A stretch of 52,377 bases of DNA from a virus (Duplodnaviria > Caudoviricetes). Under the pieces are notes generated by a model. The model was given only the letters and a program-made list of their open reading frames with translations. It did no database searches and was not told where the DNA came from. Location of the stretch: IMG/VR virus record IMGVR_UViG_3300032294_001087, positions 1 to 52,377 of that record. The stretch is one strand, 5' to 3'. Position numbers and translations under genes: made by a program. Below, one piece after another: positions 38,397 to 47,127 of this stretch (position 1 is the stretch's first letter; every line of letters begins with the position of its first letter).

Positions 38397-39297
38397 AGAT
38401 AGTTTAAGTATTTTAGAACTCATACAACAGTACGATAACTTTTTAGAAAGTCTAAAATTTATCGCAGATATGGGATGTGGAGCAGGCAAAGATACCGAAT
38501 GGTGGGCAAATTTACTTAATAATGACGATCCACCAAAACCTTACAATTTTTCTGTTTATGCAGTAGATACTGATGCCAATAAACTTGCACAAATACCCGC
38601 AAAGAATAACATTTATAAATTCCACGATCGTTACGACAAAGAAAATTTGTTTCCGGTGCCGGTAGATTTTATATGGTCACACGATAGTCTACAATATAGT
38701 ACTGATCCATTGAATACTTTGCGTATGTGGAATAGTTATATGAACACTAATGGTATGCTGGCTATAGTCGTGCCTCAGCACACAGGTATAGAATACTACA
38801 GACAATTTAGCAAGGCCTACAACGGGTGCGTTTATCACTATACACCTTTGATGTTGATTTACATGTTGGCAGTAAATGGATTTGACTGTCGCGATGCCTA
38901 TCTTTTAAAACAATTTAATGACCCATGGATCCAAATTGCAGTTTATAAAAGCAATATAGCCCCGATGGATCCTAATACTACATCTTGGTTTGATTTAGCA
39001 GACTGCGGGTTATTACATCCTAGTATTGTGGATAGTTTAAATTCTAATGGATATATTAAACAAGAAGAAATTTGTATGCCTTGGCTTGATAAAGAGCTTT
39101 ATTTTATTGATTACATGAGTCAACGCATGGAAACACCACCAGCTACTGAAGAAACAGGAGCCATCCAGGGACAGTCAGTTGAGTCTAATCAACATATAAT
39201 TAAACAGGCTGTGGAGACCAAAGTAGGCACTCAGTTGCTGAAATCAAAGGTTATTAAAAGCAAGCCGCCGACTAGAAAGAGTTATAAAAACAAATGA
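38389..39297 (+). CDS. Class I SAM-dependent methyltransferase
   Basis: IADMGCGAG motif I, YAVD and DFIWSHDSLQY motifs. TTG start after GGAGGA. Confidence 0.8.
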   Translation: MARDSLSILELIQQYDNFLESLKFIADMGCGAGKDTEWWANLLNNDDPPKPYNFSVYAVDTDANKLAQIPAKNNIYKFHDRYDKENLFPVPVDFIWSHDSLQYSTDPLNTLRMWNSYMNTNGMLAIVVPQHTGIEYYRQFSKAYNGCVYHYTPLMLIYMLAVNGFDCRDAYLLKQFNDPWIQIAVYKSNIAPMDPNTTSWFDLADCGLLHPSIVDSLNSNGYIKQEEICMPWLDKELYFIDYMSQRMETPPATEETGAIQGQSVESNQHIIKQAVETKVGTQLLKSKVIKSKPPTRKSYKNK

Positions 39298-40046
39298 TTA
39301 ATCGTGTAGTATTAGTCACTGGTGGGTTCGATCCTTTACATTCAGGACACATAGATTATTTCCGTGCGGCCAAGAGATTGGGTGACGTCCTAGTAGTTGG
39401 AGTAAACAGCGACAGTTGGCTACGCCGTAAAAAAGGTCGAGAGTTCATGCCCAGCTACGAACGTATACAGATCATTGAAAATCTTCGTATGGTAGATCAC
39501 TGTATCTTGTTTAACGATACAGAAGATCATGCTATAGAAGCCATCCGCAATGTCAAAACCATGTACCCTAACAGTGAAATCATCTTCGCCAATGGCGGGG
39601 ATCGCACAGCTGATAATATCCCAGAGATGAGTGAGACAGACGTCAAATTTGAATTTGGTGTAGGTGGCGAAACGAAAAAGAATAGCAGTAGTTGGATCCT
39701 TGATGAATGGAAAGCACCTAAGACAGATCGCCCTTGGGGATATTATCGTGTATTACACGAAGTAATTGGAACCAAAGTTAAAGAACTCACGATTAATCCA
39801 GGGCACAGCCTAACCATGCAACGACATTATGATCGCGATGAACATTGGCATGTATCTGAAGGCCGTTGTCATGTTGATTTTGAAGACGCAACAACTGAAA
39901 GCCACGTTAAACTTAAACAGCATGATCAGTTCACGATCAAAGCAGAATGCTGGCATCGTCTACACAACCCCTATGATACCCCTTGTAAAATAGTTGAAAT
40001 CCAATACGGGATTGCCTGCGAAGAAGATGATATAGAACGCAGATAA
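39294..40046 (+). CDS. Cytidylyltransferase (TagD/RfaE-like) fused to a mannose-6-P isomerase-type cupin
   Basis: TGGFDPLHSGH, GVNSD, ANGGDR and K.NSSS motifs, then RPWG.Y...Q.H..R.EHW...H.L.N...VEIQYG..EDDIER. Confidence 0.88.
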   Translation: MINRVVLVTGGFDPLHSGHIDYFRAAKRLGDVLVVGVNSDSWLRRKKGREFMPSYERIQIIENLRMVDHCILFNDTEDHAIEAIRNVKTMYPNSEIIFANGGDRTADNIPEMSETDVKFEFGVGGETKKNSSSWILDEWKAPKTDRPWGYYRVLHEVIGTKVKELTINPGHSLTMQRHYDRDEHWHVSEGRCHVDFEDATTESHVKLKQHDQFTIKAECWHRLHNPYDTPCKIVEIQYGIACEEDDIERR

Positions 40047-40049
40047 ATA
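40043..40049 (+). promoter_or_regulatory. T4-like late promoter
   Basis: ATAAATA overlapping the upstream stop, 7 nt before ATG 40057. Confidence 0.6.
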
Positions 40050-40056
40050 CTGTATC

Positions 40057-41502
40057 ATGATGAAAAACTTACTTACAATAATTAAAGAAAATGAAGAATT
40101 AGCCGCTAATCCGCAAACTGGGCAAGTAGATCAGTTAATTAAAGATATTAAAGCCGGTGAAATTGCACCCACGGTTGTGCAGGCAGTTAGTAACTATGTA
40201 AGTAAAAAAATAGCCCAAAAACAACAGCAGTCAGCAGAACCACAAAAACAACCAGTAGCCCAACAACCCGCAGAGATAAATCCTGTAACAGAACCAGAAG
40301 TAACTCCTGATGATCAAGAAGAAAAAGATCTAGCTGAAGCAGTAGCGATGGCCATGCCAGCAGGTATTACTCTTAAACCAGATGAACTACGTAAATTTCT
40401 ATTAAAAGGTGGCTTTAAAAGCGATGAAGTTAACGATATTGTTACCTTTGCATATAGACAGACTATCGAATTGGCCTGTAAAGAAATCGCCTCGGTGAAG
40501 CTGTATAAAGCAGAAGCGGCTGATATGCTAGCACAGCTATTCTTTAAAATTCCTGGCACATTAAGTCAGCGTAATCATATAGCTAAAGTATTAACAACCA
40601 CTGGTGTACTAGATCTTAAGAAATTAACTAAACCTGGGATCGGAACATTAGATGATTTATTACTGCCAGAATATAGATCAAATCCTATAGTGGTGAACTT
40701 AAAATTAAAACTTAAATCACGCAGTGATTTCCCTACACAGGTAAGTGCTGCAAACAAAGGCGCAGGCGAAGATCTAATTACTATCTTAGGTAATCCTGTT
40801 AATAAATTAAGTCCAGGCGATTTAAATATTGCTGGTAAAGAAATTGAAATCAAAGGTATGGGTGCTAGATTAAAAGGCTTTGGCGGTACTAGTGTTTATG
40901 GTGATGCCGCACGTATCTATAAAGAGTGGGCGGGACTAATGATACAAGCCTTGGGACCTGCAGGATTAGAAGTATTAGAAGGATCGGGTGCTAGCCTTAA
41001 AACTTATCTACATTTCAGTTTAAAGAATTTAAATGCCTTAAATGATGCTGTACAAGTTAGTAAAGTACCACAACGCGGCAAGTATATTCGCATGGCATTT
41101 GAATTACTATTAGAAACACTGTACGTACAAAGCGATAGCAAGATGAGAGAAATTGTCTTACGTAGCTTTAATACAAAAACAGGTATGTTTAACGTTGAAG
41201 AATTAAGAAAGAATTGGTTTTTATTCAGTTATGAATATTATAAACTAACTACAGCTGATAAGAAAACAGGACAACAGATGCACGCTATCATGTTCTTAAA
41301 TCAAGGTGATGAAACGTATCAAATTGTCACAGATAGACAGCAGTTAGAAACTAATCTCGACAGTTATCAACTTGGTACAGACTTATTTAATTGGACCAAT
41401 CCCACAGGACAAGCACCAAAAGTAACATTAGGTAAAGAAGTTAGGGTACAACGTAAAAGAGCATCAAGAGACACACCATCAGCTGAAAGAAAAAAACGTT
41501 GA
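40057..41502 (+). CDS. Late protein with a PD-(D/E)xK nuclease-like motif
   Basis: KGAGEDLITIL...PGDLNIAGKEIEIKG, N-terminus MKNLLTIIKE. Confidence 0.5.
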   Translation: MMKNLLTIIKENEELAANPQTGQVDQLIKDIKAGEIAPTVVQAVSNYVSKKIAQKQQQSAEPQKQPVAQQPAEINPVTEPEVTPDDQEEKDLAEAVAMAMPAGITLKPDELRKFLLKGGFKSDEVNDIVTFAYRQTIELACKEIASVKLYKAEAADMLAQLFFKIPGTLSQRNHIAKVLTTTGVLDLKKLTKPGIGTLDDLLLPEYRSNPIVVNLKLKLKSRSDFPTQVSAANKGAGEDLITILGNPVNKLSPGDLNIAGKEIEIKGMGARLKGFGGTSVYGDAARIYKEWAGLMIQALGPAGLEVLEGSGASLKTYLHFSLKNLNALNDAVQVSKVPQRGKYIRMAFELLLETLYVQSDSKMREIVLRSFNTKTGMFNVEELRKNWFLFSYEYYKLTTADKKTGQQMHAIMFLNQGDETYQIVTDRQQLETNLDSYQLGTDLFNWTNPTGQAPKVTLGKEVRVQRKRASRDTPSAERKKR

Positions 41503-41527
41503 CCTTAACGTAATAATCTGTTATACT
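41499..41527 (+). promoter_or_regulatory. Sigma70 promoter
   Basis: TTGACC-N17-TATACT with extended TG. Confidence 0.8.
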
Positions 41528-41560
41528 TAAATGTAAATTCAATCACTAATGGAGTATTCA

Positions 41561-41806
41561 ATGTCTATCAAAGCTGTTAATACCGTAGAACGATATAATA
41601 TCGATAATTGCATCAAACCATTCGATGGCAATAGGTTCCAAATGATCTTAGCGGGAGCATTACGTGCCCGTGAAATTGCTAGCAAACGCACTATCGCAGA
41701 TAAAAATGGTGATCGCACCAAACACGCAAATAAACCCACAGTTGAAGCTCTTTGTGAAATTGACCAAGGTAAATTTGGTGCAGAATACTTAAACAAACTT
41801 AAATAA
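41561..41806 (+). CDS. rpoZ: RNA polymerase omega subunit homolog
   Basis: NRFQMILAGALRAREIA...KPTVEALCEIDQGK matches the omega pattern NRF.L.L.A..RAR.....KPTV.AL.EI..G. SD GGAG supports ATG 41561. Confidence 0.85.
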   Translation: MSIKAVNTVERYNIDNCIKPFDGNRFQMILAGALRAREIASKRTIADKNGDRTKHANKPTVEALCEIDQGKFGAEYLNKLK

Positions 41807-41815
41807 GGAATTATA

Positions 41816-42010
41816 ATGGCAAAAACTAACTCAAGTTTCAATCTTTCAAAAACCACTAAAAAATTAGCAGGTGGAATTCAAGATCCACACACACGTAGAA
41901 AATTTTTAGATCTGATGATTGAAGCAGAAGCCGCCCAAGCTGCCGGTAAAAATCGTAAATTTAGTGATCCAGCAACCAGTCAACGCCCTAGTAGAGAGAC
42001 AGCAACTTAA
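41816..42010 (+). CDS. Small basic hypothetical protein
   Basis: SD AAGGA, in an operon with rpoZ. Confidence 0.7.
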   Translation: MAKTNSSFNLSKTTKKLAGGIQDPHTRRKFLDLMIEAEAAQAAGKNRKFSDPATSQRPSRETAT

Positions 42011-42414
42011 TGGAAAAAAAATTATGGGATAGCATCGAACGATCGATGCTTAAAAGTCTGCCAAATGCAGCTAGAGGCTATGAACAACGGATCAGTATTC
42101 CAGAATTTACATTCTTAGGCGGTGCTAATCAACCAGATTTTGGTGATGTAACTATTTGGTTTTATGGTAAAGAAAAAACCATAGAATTAAAAAGCCTCAA
42201 GCAATACATCTTCCAATATCGAGATACTAGATTGAGTTATGAGCGAGCACTAGATGTTATGTATAAAGATCTCATGGCAGTATATGAACCCGATCGTATA
42301 CGTATAGAAATTGAATATCGTCCACGCGGCGGTATAAGTAGTAGAATGACCGTAGATAGTGATTGGGGACACCTAGGTGGCACTGATCAATTATGGCAAC
42401 ATCATAAGGACTAA
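42010..42414 (+). CDS. queF: QueF-like T-fold protein lacking the catalytic cysteine
   Basis: PEFT....[12 protein letters not shown] (QueF motif), SYE and PRGGI motifs. No Cys anywhere in the protein. Confidence 0.75.
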   Translation: MEKKLWDSIERSMLKSLPNAARGYEQRISIPEFTFLGGANQPDFGDVTIWFYGKEKTIELKSLKQYIFQYRDTRLSYERALDVMYKDLMAVYEPDRIRIEIEYRPRGGISSRMTVDSDWGHLGGTDQLWQHHKD

Positions 42415-42415
42415 C

Positions 42416-43702
42416 ATGGATTACAAAATTAAAGATATTAGCCTAGCGGCCTGGGGACATAAAGAGATCGCTATCGCTGAAACAGAAATGCCGGGTCTTA
42501 TTTCGGTAAGAGAAGAGTATAGAGATCAACAACCACTTCGAGGTGCTCGTATAGCTGGTAGTCTACACATGACTATCCAAACAGCGGTTCTAGTAGAAAC
42601 ACTAGTGGCGTTAGGTGCTGAAGTTAGATGGAGTTCATGTAATATATTTTCAACTCAGGATCACGCCGCTGCCGCACTTGCTGATCAAGGCATACCTGTA
42701 TTTGCTTGGAAAGGTGAAACAGAAGAAGAATACTGGTGGTGTATTGAACAGACAGTCAGTGGTCCCAACGATTGGCAGCCAAATATGTTGCTAGATGACG
42801 GACATGATCTAACTTGGTGGGTACACAACAAACACCCAGATCTATTAGAAGGTATCCGTGGAGTAACAGAAGAAACCACCACTGGTATCCACAAGATCAA
42901 TGAGGCGATAAAAGACGGTAAATTCAAGCTACGTGCTATTAACGTTAATGATAGTGTAACAAAAGCTAAATTTGATAACTTGTATGGTTGCCGTGAAAGC
43001 CTAGTAGATGGCATCAAACGTGCCACTGATGTGATGATCGCAGGTAAAATCGCTGTGGTAGCAGGCTTTGGTGATGTAGGTAAAGGATCAGCCGCGGCAT
43101 TGCGAGCACTGTCAGCACAGGTATGGGTAACTGAGATCGATCCGATCTGCGCCTTACAAGCCGCAATGGAAGGCTACAAGGTAGTTACTATGGACTATGC
43201 CGCAGACAAAGCAGATATCTTTGTAACAGCCACAGGTAATATCGATGTTATCACTCGTGCGCACATGTTGAAGATGAAACACAACAGCATCGTCTGTAAC
43301 ATTGGACACTTTGACAGTGAGATCGACATTGCTGGTATACAGGATCTGGCATGGGATGAAATCAAACCGCAGGTAGATCACGTAACCTTACCTAACGGCA
43401 ATAAGATTATTATCCTAGCCAAAGGTCGACTAGTCAATCTAGGTTGTGCTACAGGCCATCCTAGTTATGTGATGTCTAATAGTTTTACAAATCAAGTATT
43501 AGCACAGATTGAAATGTTCAATAACACTGAAAATTACAATATCGGGCACTTATATCTACTACCAAAACATTTGGATGAGAAGGTTGCCCAATTACATTTG
43601 GCTAAGATTGGTGCAGAACTAACAGCCTTGACCGCTGAACAAGCCACGTATATTGGCGTTGCGGCGGAGGGTCCATATAAACCTGATAGTTATCGTTATT
43701 AA
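42416..43702 (+). CDS. ahcY: S-adenosylhomocysteine hydrolase
   Basis: [70 protein letters not shown] and GPYKP..YRY motifs. SD AAGGA supports ATG 42416. Confidence 0.98.
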   Translation: MDYKIKDISLAAWGHKEIAIAETEMPGLISVREEYRDQQPLRGARIAGSLHMTIQTAVLVETLVALGAEVRWSSCNIFSTQDHAAAALADQGIPVFAWKGETEEEYWWCIEQTVSGPNDWQPNMLLDDGHDLTWWVHNKHPDLLEGIRGVTEETTTGIHKINEAIKDGKFKLRAINVNDSVTKAKFDNLYGCRESLVDGIKRATDVMIAGKIAVVAGFGDVGKGSAAALRALSAQVWVTEIDPICALQAAMEGYKVVTMDYAADKADIFVTATGNIDVITRAHMLKMKHNSIVCNIGHFDSEIDIAGIQDLAWDEIKPQVDHVTLPNGNKIIILAKGRLVNLGCATGHPSYVMSNSFTNQVLAQIEMFNNTENYNIGHLYLLPKHLDEKVAQLHLAKIGAELTALTAEQATYIGVAAEGPYKPDSYRY

Positions 43703-43719
43703 TAGATTATTAAGTAATA

Positions 43720-43818
43720 TTATTACCTCTCGGCCACCTGGCTAAATAAAAACGTGGCTTTGATGCAACAAAATTTATTTTGTGGCATTTTTGCAACAAT
43801 TTAAAAACAGAGGAATAA
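43720..43818 (+). promoter_or_regulatory. Structured porin leader: late-like CTAAATA (43742-43748), hairpins and tandem imperfect palindromes
   Basis: ggccac/gtggct stem around CTAAATA, ttattacctct complementary to the SD region agaggaataa, GTGGC-N6-GCAACA twice. Confidence 0.5.
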
Positions 43819-43821
43819 GTA

Positions 43822-44985
43822 ATGAAAAAATCATTAATCGCAACAATGCTAGCAGGTTTGTTCGCAACATCAGCAAACGCTGGTATTGTTATCCCAGCAG
43901 GTGACTGGACACTAGACATCAACGGTAACGTTAACGCTTTTGCAAACTACACTAAAGCGCACGGTGACAATGCAATCACAGGTGGTCTAGCAGCTCGTCC
44001 AGACTCAAGAGGTGAGGACAAGGCTATGGGTATCAACACTGGCCTATTACCATCATGGTTAGGTTTCACAGGTAAGACTCGCCAAAATGATACTGATGTA
44101 GAATTCACTATCAGCTTCCAACCAAACGTAAGTGACAATTCGAGAGCAGGTGATGAACTAGCTCCACTTAATCGTCAAGCATACGTGAGTTTTGGTGATA
44201 AGTCATGGGGCTCTATCAAGTTAGGTAAAGACCTAGGTATTTTCGCTAGCGATGCTATCTTAAACGATATGACATTATTAGGCGTTGGTGCTGGTGCTGG
44301 TATCAGCGGTGCTACAACAACATTAGGTGGTATTGGTAGTGGTTACATCTATCCAGCATGGAAAGGTCAAATCGCATATACAACACCTAACTTCAACGGA
44401 TTACAAGCAACTGTTGGTATTACTAATCCAAATCAAGCAAGTGCTAATCAACTTAACCAAGATCGTTTTGGTCTAGAAGGTAAAGTATCTTACACATTTG
44501 ACACAAATGGTATCAATACTAAAGTTTGGACATCAGGTGCAAGTTACAAAGTAACACCCGCAACTGGTGCTGAATACAATGCTTGGGCGGCTGACGTTGG
44601 TGCTACAGCAACACTTGGTAAGTTTGGCCTAACTGGTTATTACTATCGAGGTGAAGGTGCTGGTACGACAACATTTGGTGCAAACGGTGTTGACGCATCG
44701 GGTCAAAGACGTGATTCAGATGGTTACTATGTCCAAGGTACATACGTATTGCCGATCAAGACAAAACTTGGTCTAGCATATGGTAAGTCAAATCTTGACA
44801 AAGCTAACAGCAGCGACAGTGCTAGCCTAGTTGACTACAACGAACGCTACACAGTTGGTGCATATCACCCACTTACTAAGCACTTAAACTTAGTAGCTGA
44901 GTATAATCGCGTTGAGTCACAGGCACACAGTGGCGCGACTAACAAGAGCGACACTATCTCAACAGGTGCTATCTTATTCTTCTAA
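43822..44985 (+). CDS. Gram-negative outer membrane porin
   Basis: Signal peptide MKKSLIATMLAGLFATSANA, RQAYV.F....WG.I.LGKD and I.YTTPNFNG motifs, amphipathic strands, C-terminal Phe. Confidence 0.9.
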   Translation: MKKSLIATMLAGLFATSANAGIVIPAGDWTLDINGNVNAFANYTKAHGDNAITGGLAARPDSRGEDKAMGINTGLLPSWLGFTGKTRQNDTDVEFTISFQPNVSDNSRAGDELAPLNRQAYVSFGDKSWGSIKLGKDLGIFASDAILNDMTLLGVGAGAGISGATTTLGGIGSGYIYPAWKGQIAYTTPNFNGLQATVGITNPNQASANQLNQDRFGLEGKVSYTFDTNGINTKVWTSGASYKVTPATGAEYNAWAADVGATATLGKFGLTGYYYRGEGAGTTTFGANGVDASGQRRDSDGYYVQGTYVLPIKTKLGLAYGKSNLDKANSSDSASLVDYNERYTVGAYHPLTKHLNLVAEYNRVESQAHSGATNKSDTISTGAILFF

Positions 44986-45011
44986 GATTGATTTCTTAGT
45001 TCGATAAAGCC

Positions 45012-45041
45012 AAAAAAAGCCTCATTTCGGTGGGGCTTTTT
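45012..45041 (+). terminator. Rho-independent terminator, possibly bidirectional
   Basis: A run, AGCCTCAT-ttcg-GTGGGGCT, T run. Confidence 0.88.
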
Positions 45042-45042
45042 C

Positions 45043-45071
45043 TTGACAAAATTTTGACTTCATGCTATAGT
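45043..45071 (+). promoter_or_regulatory. Sigma70 promoter
   Basis: TTGACA-N17-TATAGT with extended TG. Confidence 0.8.
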
Positions 45072-45106
45072 ATTACAGTAACATTCTATAATTATGGAGT
45101 AAAAAC

Positions 45107-45280
45107 ATGTTTGATTCAATTGAAATTCGTAAGGTAACAAATGGATTCGTAGTGATCCTAAATCAAGAAGAAGAAACCAAAGAATATGTATTTGATACTA
45201 GCCGTAAAGCTATCAAGTTTATCAAAGAATATGTAGAAACTAAGGTTGCTCGTACAGTAGCAGACCGACAAGAAGCATAA
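45107..45280 (+). CDS. 57-aa hypothetical protein (absent from the ORF track)
   Basis: Own promoter, SD GGAG, MFDSIEIRKVTNGFVVILNQEEETKEYVF... Confidence 0.8.
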   Translation: MFDSIEIRKVTNGFVVILNQEEETKEYVFDTSRKAIKFIKEYVETKVARTVADRQEA

Positions 45281-45303
45281 TTTTTCCGCCTATTTTAGCT
45301 AAA

Positions 45304-45310
45304 ATAAATA
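45304..45310 (+). promoter_or_regulatory. T4-like late promoter for the sugar cluster
   Basis: ATAAATA upstream of SD GGAG and ATG 45349. Confidence 0.6.
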
Positions 45311-45348
45311 CGTTATAGCAGTAAATTCAACAAATATTGGAGAAATCA

Positions 45349-46380
45349 ATGTCAAAAACCGTCTTAGTGACTGGCGGTGCGGGTTTTATCGCACACCACG
45401 TTATTGAAAAAATCCTAAGAGAAACCGATTGGAATGTGGTCAGCCTAGACCGTTTAGACTTTTCAGGTAATCTTAATCGCCTAAATGATATGGCACAGGA
45501 TCTAGATCCTGAAGTACGTAAACGTGTCAAAGTAGTATTCCATGATCTGCGTGCAGAACTAAACCCAATGGTAGCCAGAGATATTGGTGATGTGAATTAT
45601 GTCCTACACTTGGCCGCTGGTAGCCATGTTGATCGTTCAATTGAATTTCCAATGGAATTCGTATTTGACAACGTAGTTGGTACAGGTCATATCTTAGAGT
45701 TCGCTCGTAAGTTAAAAAATCTAGAACGTTTCATCTACTTCTCAACAGACGAAGTATTTGGTCCAGCACCATTGGGTGTTAACTACGGTGAGCGTGATCG
45801 CTATAATTCAAGCAATCCATACTCAGCTACTAAAGCTGGTGGTGAAGAACTAGCAGTGGCATTTGAAAATACCTATAAGATGCCAATCTACATCACTCAT
45901 ACCATGAACGTATTTGGTCAACGACAACACCCAGAGAAGTTTATTCCTATGTGTATTCGTAAGGTAAACGATGGCGACACTATCACTATCCACAGTGATG
46001 CGTCGAGAACTATTCCAGGTAGTCGTTACTATATCCATGCGGCAGACGTAGCAGATGCTATGTTGTTCTTGCTGGGATTAGATGATACTAAACTAGAACC
46101 AGACTACGGTGATGCTAAATGTCCTAAGTTTAATCTAGTAGGCAAGCAAGAAATCAATAATCTACAACTAGCACAGATTATCGCTGATGCGCAAGGAAAA
46201 GAATTGAAGTACGAAATGGTTGACTTCCATAGCTCACGCCCAGGACATGACCTACGTTATGCTCTAAGCGGTGACTACATGCGCAGTTTAGGTTGGGAAC
46301 CTAAGGTAGAATTAACAGAACGTATCGGTCAAGTAGTACAATGGACGCTGGCAAATGAACGCTGGTTACGTTGCGAATAA
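45349..46380 (+). CDS. rfbB: dTDP-glucose 4,6-dehydratase-like
   Basis: TGGAGFI, HLAA.SHVDRSI, STDEVFG, PYSATK, Q.PEKFIP and RPGHDLRYA motifs. Confidence 0.9.
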   Translation: MSKTVLVTGGAGFIAHHVIEKILRETDWNVVSLDRLDFSGNLNRLNDMAQDLDPEVRKRVKVVFHDLRAELNPMVARDIGDVNYVLHLAAGSHVDRSIEFPMEFVFDNVVGTGHILEFARKLKNLERFIYFSTDEVFGPAPLGVNYGERDRYNSSNPYSATKAGGEELAVAFENTYKMPIYITHTMNVFGQRQHPEKFIPMCIRKVNDGDTITIHSDASRTIPGSRYYIHAADVADAMLFLLGLDDTKLEPDYGDAKCPKFNLVGKQEINNLQLAQIIADAQGKELKYEMVDFHSSRPGHDLRYALSGDYMRSLGWEPKVELTERIGQVVQWTLANERWLRCE

Positions 46381-46389
46381 AGGACACTT

Positions 46390-47127
46390 ATGAAAAATAT
46401 CGTATTATTAACATCAGCAGTTTATACTAACTATGGTATCTATAAACCAGCAGAACGTATCCAACAAACACTAGACACAGCTAAGAGTGCTAAGAAATAT
46501 ATTCCTGGCGCAGTAGTTATCCTAGTAGACAACAGCAAAGTTGACGTGCAGAATGATACTAGTGCAGAGTTTGAAGAACTTATTGACTTAGTTGACTATT
46601 ACATCGATAACAGCGATGATGCTGATATCCAATATTTCCATAATAATGTTGCTAACTATGATATCGGTAAGAATGCCATGGAAGCCATGGGTCTTATGAA
46701 AGCATTGACTTATATCAATGGTGACGAAGATATGAAAAAAATCATTGCTGATGCTGATCGTATTTTCAAACTCAGTGGTCGTTATCAAGTGACAGACAAG
46801 TTTGATATCACTAAGTTCAGCAACGCTAATACCAAAGACAAATATGTGTTTAAGCGAGCACAACCTAGTTGGATCAATCCAGCAGACACTGGTGTAAACA
46901 CACTATTACAAACACGTCTATGGTCATTTACTCCGGGCTTGTTGTTAGAGACCATGGATATCTATAAGAATATCATTGAAAACATGGTTAAGATGTTTAA
47001 TGAAAACAAATACATCGACAATGAACATAGTATGTCAAAATTTATTCCTAAAGATCGATTAGTTGAGTTAGAAACAGTGGGTCTTGTTGGTAACATCGCG
47101 CCAAATGGAATGATGATCATTGACTGA
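46390..47127 (+). CDS. Hypothetical protein of the sugar cluster, possibly glycosyltransferase-like
   Basis: TSA...R..QT..T..S, LVDNS and FKLSGRY motifs, SD AAGGA. Confidence 0.45.
   Translation: MKNIVLLTSAVYTNYGIYKPAERIQQTLDTAKSAKKYIPGAVVILVDNSKVDVQNDTSAEFEELIDLVDYYIDNSDDADIQYFHNNVANYDIGKNAMEAMGLMKALTYINGDEDMKKIIADADRIFKLSGRYQVTDKFDITKFSNANTKDKYVFKRAQPSWINPADTGVNTLLQTRLWSFTPGLLLETMDIYKNIIENMVKMFNENKYIDNEHSMSKFIPKDRLVELETVGLVGNIAPNGMMIID

Noticed and set aside
42340-42416. SAH or preQ1 riboswitch near ahcY/queF
   Set aside because: The genes abut, leaving no leader, and no matching consensus was recognised.
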